NCBI GenBank assembly: GCA_034420915.1 | Contig: DAOUKW010000157.1 | Span: forward strand, 1-35,977 | Length of the DNA: 35,977 nt | Origin: Dehalococcoidia bacterium | GTDB taxonomy: Bacteria; Chloroflexota; Dehalococcoidia; UBA6926 | Reading direction: 5' to 3' | Part shown: positions 5,401-13,586 of the stretch, piece by piece | Position numbering within the stretch: the stretch's first letter is position 1 | How the letters are laid out: each line of letters opens with the position of its first letter | The notes under the pieces: model-generated | Told to the model about the DNA's origin: nothing | Database searches by the model: none | The model's input: only the letters and a program-made list of their open reading frames with translations | Program-made: the position numbers and the translations under genes

Positions 5401-6390
5401 ATGAGCGACCTACCCAACCGACTGGGTGCCGACTGGAAGAGCGTCCTCACACTGGCTGTGCTGGCAGTAGTCTTGTTGTCCTCTTGTGACAGCGATCAAT
5501 ATACCGGGTACCTTGAAGAGGAGATACCACCCTGCACGCCGGTGGAGGGCTCCTCAGTAGATCCATGTGAGCCTGGCGTATCTTGGATGTCTGTTCATGG
5601 CTCAGTAGTCTTTGGCGATGAGCCCCTGGGCATTGCGTTCTCTCTTGGCGACAATGGCACCACGGTGTCCATAGCGCACTTGGTATTGCGGGGCACCTAT
5701 CTCCCCGGCACAGTACGCTGCAATATTAACGACAGACTCTTCCGTCCACCCCCTCACAGCGAGAGTTTGGCCTTCATCGACATGGAAAGATCGATCAAGT
5801 GTTATGCGAATGTGCGAGTGAATGACTATATTCTCGGGTCCGGGCCATCCACTCTAGCGGTTCTGGTGTGGCGAAAGAACTACTGGTTCGCTACTGAACG
5901 AGAAGTCGTCGAGGAGTTGCGAAGCTCTTTCGAGCAGGTGCTCATTGAAGGAGGGGAACTCAACCTAAGTATGAGCATACCAACAGGAGGGATTGAGGGC
6001 AGGGAGGCAATGTTGTTCCTCGGCCCGTCAGTTGATACTTCAGCCGAGGTATGGGAGGTCTTCGACACATGGGATGTGGAGCAGCAGGAGGATGGCACAG
6101 TTATTGCCGCCCATCCCTTTAGAGACTACTGGAGTCGCAACGACTATGAGGCATATCGCTCACGAATCGAGATGAAGTTGTCTGATTTCACCGAGGCGGT
6201 TGAGGAGGCCAACGAGCAGCGGATTAATGAATACGGAGGGCACATAGTTCCTGAAGACATGGAAGGAATAGCAGTGGGCGTGGAATTGCCTATGTTGGTG
6301 GATGACGCGAACGAACTACAGGACTACTACATTGAGATCGGCGCCTACGACCACCCTGATGGTCCGCCTGTACAGCCGCCCCCGCCGTGA
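5401..6390 (+). CDS. hypothetical lipoprotein
   Basis: ATG 5401 within ORF 5395..6390. Signal peptide and lipobox LAVLAVVLLSSC. No recognisable domain. GC is lower than in the core genes. Confidence 0.6.
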   Translation: MSDLPNRLGADWKSVLTLAVLAVVLLSSCDSDQYTGYLEEEIPPCTPVEGSSVDPCEPGVSWMSVHGSVVFGDEPLGIAFSLGDNGTTVSIAHLVLRGTYLPGTVRCNINDRLFRPPPHSESLAFIDMERSIKCYANVRVNDYILGSGPSTLAVLVWRKNYWFATEREVVEELRSSFEQVLIEGGELNLSMSIPTGGIEGREAMLFLGPSVDTSAEVWEVFDTWDVEQQEDGTVIAAHPFRDYWSRNDYEAYRSRIEMKLSDFTEAVEEANEQRINEYGGHIVPEDMEGIAVGVELPMLVDDANELQDYYIEIGAYDHPDGPPVQPPPP

Positions 6391-6402
6391 GGGGCGGCGG
6401 GG
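6380..6402 (+). terminator. GC hairpin overlapping the lipoprotein stop codon (weak terminator candidate)
   Basis: CCCCGCCG / CGGCGGGG 8-bp stem with a 7-nt loop, followed by TAATTCCT. There is no real U tract. Confidence 0.25.
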
Positions 6403-6426
6403 TAATTCCTCGGACATCCGCCCGAT

Positions 6427-6451
6427 GTCATTCTGAGCGCAGCGAAGAATC
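6427..6451 (+). repeat. REP-like palindromic element, variant C (GTCATTCTGAGCGCAGCGAAGAATC)
   Basis: Same architecture as the other REP variants (GTCA-YYC-TGAGC-n-CGAAG-RR), with outer arms ATTC/GAAT complementary. Confidence 0.7.
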
Positions 6452-6530
6452 CAAATGCTCAATTGCACCCCGCCCTGTCCCCTTTGCTACCATGTGGGAG
6501 ACAACCCCGTAACAGAAAGAGAGCCAAACA

Positions 6531-7412
6531 ATGCCCAATTATGAGACTGTCCTCTATGAGAAGCAGCGCAACGGCGTCCTGATCACGCTGAACCGACCGG
6601 AAACGCTCAACGCAATCAGCCGCCAGCTGGAACGCGATGTATCCGAGGCGCTGACCGAGGCGGAGAACGACCCTGAAGTCCGCGCCATCGTCCTCACCGG
6701 CGCAGGCCGCGCCTTCTCCTCCGGCTATGACATCGGCGGCGGCCGTCCCGAGACCGTCTGGCCGTACGGGATGCCCGAGGGTTGGAGCGCCGCGGCGCTT
6801 CTCGATGATTGGCGTGACCGCTCACGCGACGAGACTGCCAAACTGCTCCAGATCTGGGAACTCACCAAGCCCGTCATCGCCGCCGTCAACGGCTGGTGCA
6901 TGGGCGGCGGTTCCTGGTACGCCCTCGCCTCCCACATGACCTACGCCGCTGAGGAAGCCGTGTTCGCCCAGCCGGAAATCCGCATGATCTCCAACACCAA
7001 CTTCTTCTGGACACTCAACGCCGGCTATAAGCATGCCCTCCGCTATGGCCTCACAGGCGACCACATCGATGCTCAGGAGGCGCTGCGAATCGGCCTCGTG
7101 AACGAGGTTGTTCCCGGTGACGACCTGCTCGAACACTGCTTCCGTGTCGTTGAGCGCATCGCCTTGGTCTCGCCGGAGACAGTCAAGATCAATCTTTACG
7201 TCGCGACGATGGGCCTTGAGATGATGGGCCTCCGCAACGCGCTCATCCTCAACGACGAGTTGTCCGCCCACGTCCAGAGCTCCCAGCGTGAGGACTTCAA
7301 GCGCGAGATGATGGACGCCCAAAAGGAGGGCGGCCTCCGCGCCTTCCTGCAAGTGCGCGACGGCCCCTTCCAGCCCGAACCCTTCGGCCCCCGCTCACGC
7401 CCCCGCGAATAA
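6531..7412 (+). CDS. enoyl-CoA hydratase/isomerase (crotonase) family protein
   Basis: 293 aa with crotonase motifs LTGAGRAFSSGYD and VIAAVNGWCMGGG. Paralogue of 1..828. Confidence 0.9.
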   Translation: MPNYETVLYEKQRNGVLITLNRPETLNAISRQLERDVSEALTEAENDPEVRAIVLTGAGRAFSSGYDIGGGRPETVWPYGMPEGWSAAALLDDWRDRSRDETAKLLQIWELTKPVIAAVNGWCMGGGSWYALASHMTYAAEEAVFAQPEIRMISNTNFFWTLNAGYKHALRYGLTGDHIDAQEALRIGLVNEVVPGDDLLEHCFRVVERIALVSPETVKINLYVATMGLEMMGLRNALILNDELSAHVQSSQREDFKREMMDAQKEGGLRAFLQVRDGPFQPEPFGPRSRPRE

Positions 7413-7443
7413 CAAACACAGAATCCCTACAATAGAAGAGTAA

Positions 7444-7487
7444 GCGGCGTAGCGACCCATCCGTCATTCCCGCGAAAGCGGGAATCT
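7444..7487 (+). repeat. REP-like unit, variant A, copy 1 (…GTAGCGACCCATCCGTCATTCCCGCGAAAGCGGGAATCT)
   Basis: Core palindrome ATTCCCGC-GAAA-GCGGGAAT. About 45-nt unit repeated at 7519..7563; the core recurs at 9590..9613. Confidence 0.75.
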
Positions 7488-7518
7488 GGATCGCATTTCG
7501 CACGCTAACCCGGAGCAG

Positions 7519-7563
7519 GCGGGGGTAGCGAACCGTCCGTCATTCCCGCGAAGGCGGGAATCT
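7519..7563 (+). repeat. REP-like unit, variant A, copy 2, whose 5' part copies the tRNA-Gly acceptor
   Basis: GCGGGGGTAGCGAACCGTCCGTCATTCCCGCGAAGGCGGGAATCT. The first 11 nt are identical to the start of the tRNA-Gly gene at 7607. Confidence 0.75.
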
Positions 7564-7606
7564 AAACTGCAATTGGCAGGCTAAGCTGGTATGTAAACCG
7601 GAGCGG

Positions 7607-7681
7607 GCGGGGGTAGCTCAGTGGTAGAGCTCCTGCCTTCCAAGCAGGTTGTCGCGGGTTCAATTCCCGTCCCCCGCTCCA
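7607..7681 (+). tRNA. tRNA-Gly (anticodon TCC), CCA encoded
   Basis: Manual cloverleaf: GCGGGGG TA GCTC AGTGGTA GAGC T CCTGC CTTCCAA GCAGG TTGTC GCGGG TTCAATT CCCGT CCCCCGC T CCA. Confidence 0.92.
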
Positions 7682-7702
7682 CCAACCGCTAAGCCCGGTA
7701 GG

Positions 7703-9547
7703 CTACTCAACAGTGACGGACTTCGCCAGATTCCGCGGCTGATCGATGTCCGCCCCCCGCAGCAGCCCAATCTCGTACGCCAGCATCTGCAGCGGCACCG
7801 TCGCCGCAATCGGGACCAGGTGAGTGGGCGTCTCCGGCATGAAGATCGCCTCGTCCGCCTGCCCGCCAAGCTCATCGTCTTCGTCCGTCAGCACGCCCAC
7901 CACGTGCCCCGCCCGCGCCCGTATCTCCGAGATATTGATCGCCATACGGTCCCGCAGACCGCCCTCCGGCGCCAGCGCAATAGTCGGCATCGACTGATCG
8001 ATCAGCGCGATGGGCCCGTGTTTCATCTCGCCCCCCGCGCTGCCCTCCGCGTGGATGTACGCGACCTCCTTGAGCTTTAGCGCGCCCTCCAGTGCGATGG
8101 GGTAGAGCGGCCCCCGCCCCAGCAGCAGGCAATTCTCATTGACAGTCAGGCGCTCCGCCGCCGCTCGAATCGTGTCCGTCCGCTCCAGCATCTCGCTCAC
8201 GATGCCCGGCAACCGCTCCAGGTCCAGCAGATGGCGGCTAACCTCGTCCTCATCCATCACTCCGCGTCCCGCTGCCGCGTCAATTGCCAGCAGATAGAGG
8301 CAAATGATCGCCGACGTAAAGCTCTTCGTCGACGCGACGCCCACTTCGAGCCCGGACCGCATATCCATCGTCTCGCACGCGATCCGTGCCGCCTCGCTGT
8401 CCAGCGCATTCGTCACCGCCACGCAGTCCGCGCCGAGGCTTGATGCATGCTCCAGCGCCGCGAGCGTATCCAGTGTTTCCCCGGATTGCGTGATCGCGAT
8501 GAACAGATCTCCCTTGCCCATCCGCGTATTCCGGTGGCGCAGTTCAGACGCCACCTCCGCCTCCACAGGTATCTCCGCCAGCGTCTCGAAATAGTGCCGC
8601 CCCACAAGCGCCGCGTGATAGCTTGAGCCGCACCCCGTCAAGATGATTCGCCGCGCCGCCGCCAGACGTTCGGACAGTCCGGAGCCGTAGTCAGGCTCCA
8701 GCCGCCCGGACTCCAAATCAACCCGCCCCCGCAGCGCATCCGTCAGCGCCTGCGGCTGCTCCATGATCTCCTTGAGCATGAAGTGCTTGTACAGGCCCTT
8801 TGCCGCCCGCAACGGGTCGCGTGTGACCTCTGTGAACTCCCGCGTCACCGGCTTTCCGTCCAACGTTGAGACCTCCACGCCGTCCGGCCTCAACACGGCG
8901 ATTTCGCCGTTGTTCAGCGGCATCGCCCGACGTGTGAGTGGCACAAGGGCAGGGAGGTCGCTCGCTGCATACGTCTCGCCGTCGCCCATGCCGACCACAA
9001 GCCCGCCTGCGTTGCCCGCTCGAACGGCAATCAGCGTGTCCGGCTCCTGCGCGCACGCCACCAGGAACACCAGTGCCCCGTGCATGTCCGGCATGATCGA
9101 CTTCACCGCCTCGACAGGATTGAGGCCGCGATCGAGCGCCTCTTCGATTAGGTGCGGCAGCACCTCCGTGTCCGTCTGCGACATGAAGTGATGCCCGCGC
9201 GAAACGAGCTGCGCGGCGAGTGTACTGTAATTCTCGACGATGCCGTTTTGGACGACGCTGACCCGCCCCGTGCAGTCCATGTGCGGATGCGCGTTCGCCA
9301 AAGAGGGCGCGCCGTGCGTCGCCCACCGTGTATGCCCCAGTCCCAGCGAACCTGAAACAAACGACCCCTCGAGATCGGCACGCAGGGCATCCAGCTTCCC
9401 GACGGCCTTGTTCGTGCCAAACACACCGGAAGGCCCGAGGATCGCGATGCCCGCGCTGTCATACCCTCGGTACTCGATGCGAGACAAACCATCAAGCACA
9501 ATCGGCATCGCTTGCCGATGCCCCGTATACCCCATAATCCCGCACAT
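7703..9547 (-). CDS. glmS: glutamine--fructose-6-phosphate aminotransferase (isomerising)
   Basis: 614 aa. N-terminal MCGIMGY nucleophile motif, two SIS domains, C-terminal ...NLAKSVTVE. Confidence 0.95.
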   Translation of the reverse strand: MCGIMGYTGHRQAMPIVLDGLSRIEYRGYDSAGIAILGPSGVFGTNKAVGKLDALRADLEGSFVSGSLGLGHTRWATHGAPSLANAHPHMDCTGRVSVVQNGIVENYSTLAAQLVSRGHHFMSQTDTEVLPHLIEEALDRGLNPVEAVKSIMPDMHGALVFLVACAQEPDTLIAVRAGNAGGLVVGMGDGETYAASDLPALVPLTRRAMPLNNGEIAVLRPDGVEVSTLDGKPVTREFTEVTRDPLRAAKGLYKHFMLKEIMEQPQALTDALRGRVDLESGRLEPDYGSGLSERLAAARRIILTGCGSSYHAALVGRHYFETLAEIPVEAEVASELRHRNTRMGKGDLFIAITQSGETLDTLAALEHASSLGADCVAVTNALDSEAARIACETMDMRSGLEVGVASTKSFTSAIICLYLLAIDAAAGRGVMDEDEVSRHLLDLERLPGIVSEMLERTDTIRAAAERLTVNENCLLLGRGPLYPIALEGALKLKEVAYIHAEGSAGGEMKHGPIALIDQSMPTIALAPEGGLRDRMAINISEIRARAGHVVGVLTDEDDELGGQADEAIFMPETPTHLVPIAATVPLQMLAYEIGLLRGADIDQPRNLAKSVTVE

Positions 9548-9558
9548 AACTGCTCCCG

Positions 9559-9613
9559 CTCACCCTGAGCTTGACGGAGGGCCGCCTCCGTCATTCCCGC
9601 GAAAGCGGGAATC
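9559..9613 (+). repeat. compound REP (variant B-like CTCACCCTGAGCTTGACGGAGGG followed by the variant A core) in the glmS/uppP divergent intergenic region
   Basis: CACCCTGAGC motif at 9561..9570, GGAGG-GCCG-CCTCC hairpin, then GTCATTCCCGCGAAAGCGGGAATC at 9590..9613. Confidence 0.7.
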
Positions 9614-9672
9614 TCGATCTCGGAATGCAACCATGCCCCCGAGTCCTCTTCCCCCAAATCATACCCTTCTCC

Positions 9673-9697
9673 GTTCACCCTGAGCCTGTCGAAGGGT
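9673..9697 (+). repeat. REP-like element, variant B (GTTCACCCTGAGCCTGTCGAAGGGT)
   Basis: Identical 25-mer at 10557..10581. Arms CACCC/GGGTG are complementary. Confidence 0.8.
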
Positions 9698-9725
9698 TGC
9701 CCCCTACAATCAACTAGGGGTTCAC

Positions 9726-10553
9726 GTGTCCGAATCGTCCGCCTTACTGCTTGGCATCATCCAGGGAATCACCGAGTGGATTCCCGTCAGCTCGCAGGGC
9801 GTCGTTGCCCTCGTGTCCACATGGATTGACGATGCCTCACCCTCGGATGCTATTGCTATCGCGCTGTGGCTGCACGTCGGCACAGCCCTGTCCGCAGCCA
9901 CAGCCATGAGGGGCGAAATCACGTCGATAATTCGCGATGCAATCGCCTCTCTCGCCCACCCTGAGCCTAACCCCGGTCACCCTGAGCGCAGTCGAAGGGT
10001 CGCCCCCATCACGTTCCTCGGCCTCAGCACTCTCGTCACCGCGATCGTCGGCGTGCCGCTCTTTCTGGTCTTGGGCGAGATTGCAGATCTGCTGGGAAGC
10101 GTCGCCATGTTGCTCATCGGCTTCGCCATGATTGCGACGGCATTCACGATCCGATGCGGACTGTGGCAGGGCGAACGGGGCAGGGACGATGTTACCCTCA
10201 CGGACGCGGTCATCGCCGGTGTGGTGCAGGCGCTTGCCGTCATCCCCGGCCTCAGCCGAACCGGCCTGACCGTCGCCGTCCTGCTCACACGGGATTGCAG
10301 TCACCGCGAGGCCGTCGTCCTCAGCGTCCTCATGGGTATACCGGCTAGCCTTGGCGCGGGTCTGCTCGCCGTCACTACGTCCGACACAATCAGCGGCTGG
10401 CCTGCTGCCGTGGCGCTGCTCACAGCCGCAATCGTTGGAACCGTCGCCATCCGCGCCATCCTCGCATGGGCAAGCCGTGTCAGCCTCAGCCGATTCGTCG
10501 CGGCTGCCGGAATCGTCGTGGCTCTCGGCGCCCTGATTGGCCTCCTCGCCTGA
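9726..10553 (+). CDS. uppP: undecaprenyl-diphosphate phosphatase (BacA/UppP family)
   Basis: GTG start. Motifs QGITEWIPVSSQG and IPGLSRTGLTV resemble the UppP E/SxxxSSxxH and PGxSRSG signatures. Polytopic membrane protein of typical length (275 aa). Confidence 0.8.
   Translation: MSESSALLLGIIQGITEWIPVSSQGVVALVSTWIDDASPSDAIAIALWLHVGTALSAATAMRGEITSIIRDAIASLAHPEPNPGHPERSRRVAPITFLGLSTLVTAIVGVPLFLVLGEIADLLGSVAMLLIGFAMIATAFTIRCGLWQGERGRDDVTLTDAVIAGVVQALAVIPGLSRTGLTVAVLLTRDCSHREAVVLSVLMGIPASLGAGLLAVTTSDTISGWPAAVALLTAAIVGTVAIRAILAWASRVSLSRFVAAAGIVVALGALIGLLA
9976..10000 (+). repeat. REP-like element, variant B (GTCACCCTGAGCGCAGTCGAAGGGT), inside the uppP coding sequence
   Basis: Translated in frame as GHPERSRRV. 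A half-copy CCCACCCTGAGCC lies just upstream (9955..9967). Confidence 0.75.
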
Positions 10554-10556
10554 TCC

Positions 10557-10581
10557 GTTCACCCTGAGCCTGTCGAAGGGT
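10557..10581 (+). repeat. REP-like element, variant B, identical to 9673..9697
   Basis: Begins 4 nt after the uppP stop and lies between convergent uppP and glmU. Confidence 0.8.
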
Positions 10582-10592
10582 GATTTTCCGTC

Positions 10593-11954
10593 TCAGTGCC
10601 TGATCTCCTCCGCCGGAACGCCCGCAACCGTCGAGCCCGCCGCAACGTTCCGCGTCACGACAGAGCCCGCCCCCGTGTACGCCTTATCTCCAATCTCTAC
10701 GGGCGCAACCAGCATGGAGCCGCTCCCGATGAACGCGCCATCGCCGACGACCGTTTGATGCTTGTCCTGGCCGTCGAAATTGCACGTTACCGCGCCCGCG
10801 CCGATATTGACGTCCTCCCCGATTTCGGCATCCCCCACATACCCGAAATGACCCATCGCCGTCCGACTGCCAATCCGGCTCGCCTTGATCTCGCCGAAGC
10901 TGCCGATGTGGGCATCGTTGCCGATATGCGTCCCCGGCCGGAGCCGCGCGAACGGCCCCACCGAAACGCTGTCCTCAAGCGTGGCCTCATCCAGCCACGA
11001 CCCTCGCACGACGCACCGGTCGCCAATCACCGAATCGACGATGTGCGTATCGGGCCCGATCTCGCACTCCGCGCCAATAACAGACGTGCCTGTGATATGA
11101 GTATTGGGCCGAACGACCGTGTCCGGCGCAATCTTTACCGTCGCGTCGACGTACGTCGAGGAAGGATCGATGATCGTGACGCCGGACAACATCAGCGACT
11201 CCAGCGTCCGCCGCCGTGCGATCTGCTCCGCCTCCGCGAGGTCAACCAGCGTGTTCACGCCGATTGCCTCCTCGGAGTCAATGTCCAGCGTCTCAACACC
11301 GTGCCCATCGCTTACTGCGAGGGCTACCAGGTCCGTGATGTAGTACTCGCCGTTGTCGTGCTGCGGCAGACGGTCCATCACCGTCCGCGCCCACGCAAGG
11401 TCGAGGGCATAAACCCCCGCGTTTCCCTCCGCCGGCGCGTCCTCATATCGGGGGTCCGTAGCCTCCACGATTTCCGCCGCCTTTCCGTCCGGATTACGCA
11501 GAATCCGCCCGTAATCCGCGCTATTCGATGTCTGTATTGTGAAAAAGGTAACAGCAGCCGCATCACTCGATTCATGAGCTTGCTTGAGCATCGTCAAGGA
11601 TCCAGCAGTAATCAGCGGCAAATCACCATTGACAATAAGCAGAGCCCTTGAATCAAGATTAGCGTCTGCTAGTGCTGTTTTCAGCGCGCCTCCGGTGCCG
11701 TCCGGCTGGGACTGTACAACGAATCGATGAGTGATGCCCATGGCCTCCAGCAGGGCGGGTGACGAGTCCCTCACAATGAGGGGCTGTGGGGAATCCGTCT
11801 CGGCAAGCGCATCCAGGATTCGCTGAATCATCGACACTCCGCCTACCTGATGCAGGACCTTCGGAAATGAGTTTTGCATCCGTGATCCCTTGCCCGCTGC
11901 GAGCACGACACAGTCCCACGCCCCAGGTGCGGCGCTGCCTTGTGAATTCATCAT
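10593..11954 (-). CDS. glmU: bifunctional UDP-N-acetylglucosamine pyrophosphorylase / glucosamine-1-phosphate N-acetyltransferase
   Basis: N-terminal LAAGKGSRM nucleotidyltransferase motif and C-terminal left-handed beta-helix hexapeptide repeats. The ORF extends to 11987. ATG 11954 or 11951 after GGGGGA is the more likely start. Confidence 0.9.
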   Translation of the reverse strand: MMNSQGSAAPGAWDCVVLAAGKGSRMQNSFPKVLHQVGGVSMIQRILDALAETDSPQPLIVRDSSPALLEAMGITHRFVVQSQPDGTGGALKTALADANLDSRALLIVNGDLPLITAGSLTMLKQAHESSDAAAVTFFTIQTSNSADYGRILRNPDGKAAEIVEATDPRYEDAPAEGNAGVYALDLAWARTVMDRLPQHDNGEYYITDLVALAVSDGHGVETLDIDSEEAIGVNTLVDLAEAEQIARRRTLESLMLSGVTIIDPSSTYVDATVKIAPDTVVRPNTHITGTSVIGAECEIGPDTHIVDSVIGDRCVVRGSWLDEATLEDSVSVGPFARLRPGTHIGNDAHIGSFGEIKASRIGSRTAMGHFGYVGDAEIGEDVNIGAGAVTCNFDGQDKHQTVVGDGAFIGSGSMLVAPVEIGDKAYTGAGSVVTRNVAAGSTVAGVPAEEIRH

Positions 11955-12038
11955 CAGTCCCCCGACATGTCTTGTGCCAAATATCATCTACGTGACAGGA
12001 TGGATGATACACATGCGGGAACGTCAGGGGGCGGCATA

Positions 12039-12572
12039 ATGTCGGGCGCGGGGAGTGTAACGAGCTACGAACACCTCATTCGGGAGATTCCCGATTTTCC
12101 CGAAGAGGGAATCCTGTTTCGCGACATCACACCTCTCCTGCTTGATCCTGAGGCGTTCGCGTGGGCCATCGACAGGATGACACAAGCCGCCGGAACCATG
12201 CCGCTTGACGTCATCGTCGCCGTGGAGGCGCGTGGGTACCTGTTCGGCGCGCCGATGGCGCGAGCTCTGGACGTGCCCCTTATTCCTGTTCGCAAAGTGG
12301 GCAAACTTCCCTATAAGACGGTCAGCATCGAATATGCGCTGGAATACGGATCAGCCACGGTTGAGATGCATGAGGACGGCATTCATCCGGGACAGCGCGC
12401 TGTGCTGGTGGATGATCTGCTCGCGACGGGCGGGACGTTGAAGGCGGCGGAAGATCTCGTTCACAAGGCGGGCGGGGTAACGGTCGGAGCGACGGTTCTG
12501 ATTGAACTGGCCGAGCTATCGGGGCGTGGGCTTCTGGGAGACTATCCCGTCCACACGCTCATGCACCTGTAA
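12039..12572 (+). CDS. apt: adenine phosphoribosyltransferase
   Basis: IPDFPEEGILFRDITPLL and PRPP-binding VLVDDLLATGGT motifs. ATG 12039 within ORF 11967..12572. Confidence 0.9.
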   Translation: MSGAGSVTSYEHLIREIPDFPEEGILFRDITPLLLDPEAFAWAIDRMTQAAGTMPLDVIVAVEARGYLFGAPMARALDVPLIPVRKVGKLPYKTVSIEYALEYGSATVEMHEDGIHPGQRAVLVDDLLATGGTLKAAEDLVHKAGGVTVGATVLIELAELSGRGLLGDYPVHTLMHL

Positions 12573-12576
12573 TCGG

Positions 12577-13503
12577 CTAATCGTCCGCCAATACGTCCGC
12601 TACCACGTCATATCGTCCGAATGACGGGATCATGTAGACCCCCGCAATCATTCCGCGCGTTTCCTCAATAAGTTCACGAGCGATAGCCGCCCCCTCTGCG
12701 CGGCCGTTGTCACCCGCCGAGCGTAGCCGCCGCCGTATCGATTCGGGAATCACCATCCCCGGGACGTTGTTATGGAGAAACTCCGCGTGGCGCGCACTCT
12801 GCAGAGGCAGCACGCCGAGCACCACCGGGAGCGGAAATCCACCGAGCAGGTCGTGGAGTCGACGCACCGGCGCAGGGTCAAAAACCGTTTGCGTCATGAT
12901 GTAGTGCGCTCCCGCCTCAACCTTGCGTTGCAGGCTCGCAATCTCTTCGTCAATGTGTGGCGAGTTGGGACTAAGGGCGCAGGCGATTGCGAACGACGTT
13001 GGCTCCGGCAACGTGTGTCCTGCAACCTCTTCACCCGCGTTCAGGCGACTGAGAGCGCTGATTAGCTGGGAGGATGTCACGTCGGAGAGGCTGCTCGCCT
13101 GCGGGTAGTCGCCAATAGTTGGATTGTCTCCCCAAAAGACGAAGGTGTTGCGTACGTTGAGCGCATGCGCGCCAATGAGGTCGGCGTGGATCGCCAGCAC
13201 ATTGCGGTTGCGTGTCGCGATATGAAGAATTGCCTCGACCCCCGTCTGCCGCTGCAAGAGGACACTCAGCGCAACTGCGCTCATCCGGGCCTGCGCCAAC
13301 GGCACATCCGTGGCATTGAAAGCATCGATGCGGACCTTTGCCTGGAGCGCCTTCAGGCTGGCCAGCGTTCGATCGAGCGAGAATCCACGTGGCGGATGGA
13401 CTTCCACCGTCGTCACGAACTCGCCGTCATGCAGCTTCTGCAAGAGGGCCGTGGGCTGCCCGGCGGGCGGGATAGTTGAAGACATGTCAGTTGGAATACT
13501 CAA
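12577..13503 (-). CDS. metF: methylenetetrahydrofolate reductase
   Basis: 308 aa. MTHFR-type TIM-barrel pattern (VEVHPP..., DAFNATD, ILHIATRNRN). Confidence 0.8.
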   Translation of the reverse strand: MSIPTDMSSTIPPAGQPTALLQKLHDGEFVTTVEVHPPRGFSLDRTLASLKALQAKVRIDAFNATDVPLAQARMSAVALSVLLQRQTGVEAILHIATRNRNVLAIHADLIGAHALNVRNTFVFWGDNPTIGDYPQASSLSDVTSSQLISALSRLNAGEEVAGHTLPEPTSFAIACALSPNSPHIDEEIASLQRKVEAGAHYIMTQTVFDPAPVRRLHDLLGGFPLPVVLGVLPLQSARHAEFLHNNVPGMVIPESIRRRLRSAGDNGRAEGAAIARELIEETRGMIAGVYMIPSFGRYDVVADVLADD

Positions 13504-13586
13504 ATCTCAAACTTGGTGGACGTGACGGCTGTTGTGTTTGATTCACGATATAGGTTACCGATTGCGCGGGAAAGACGTGCAGGGTG

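Noticed and set aside
829-6530. Island boundary direct repeats (ACCCCATAAC at about 893 versus ACCCCGTAAC at about 6505)
   Set aside because: The match is only 10 nt with one mismatch, which is well within chance expectation, so it is not used as evidence for att sites.
7444-7563. Tandem palindromic repeats upstream of tRNA-Gly, and similar copies at 9559..9697, considered as a possible CRISPR array
   Set aside because: There are only two or three copies. They are imperfect and internally palindromic, with irregular spacing and variable flanks. No cas genes are in the window. They fit REP-type elements instead.
7649-8080. ORF 7649..8080 starting inside tRNA-Gly
   Set aside because: It overlaps the tRNA and is antisense to the glmS 3' half. 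Its Arg/Pro-rich translation is that of a shadow ORF.
9548-9725. glmS ribozyme expected in the 5' UTR of glmS in some lineages
   Set aside because: The reverse-complemented leader consists almost entirely of REP-like palindromes. I could not find the conserved glmS ribozyme core segments. This needs cmscan to be formally excluded.
8718-11651. Long antisense or alternative-frame ORFs (e.g. 8718..9326, 8763..9191, 9837..10562, 10596..11651)
   Set aside because: They lie inside or opposite strongly supported genes (glmS, uppP, glmU). Their Arg/Pro/Gly-rich low-complexity translations are typical of off-frame high-GC DNA.
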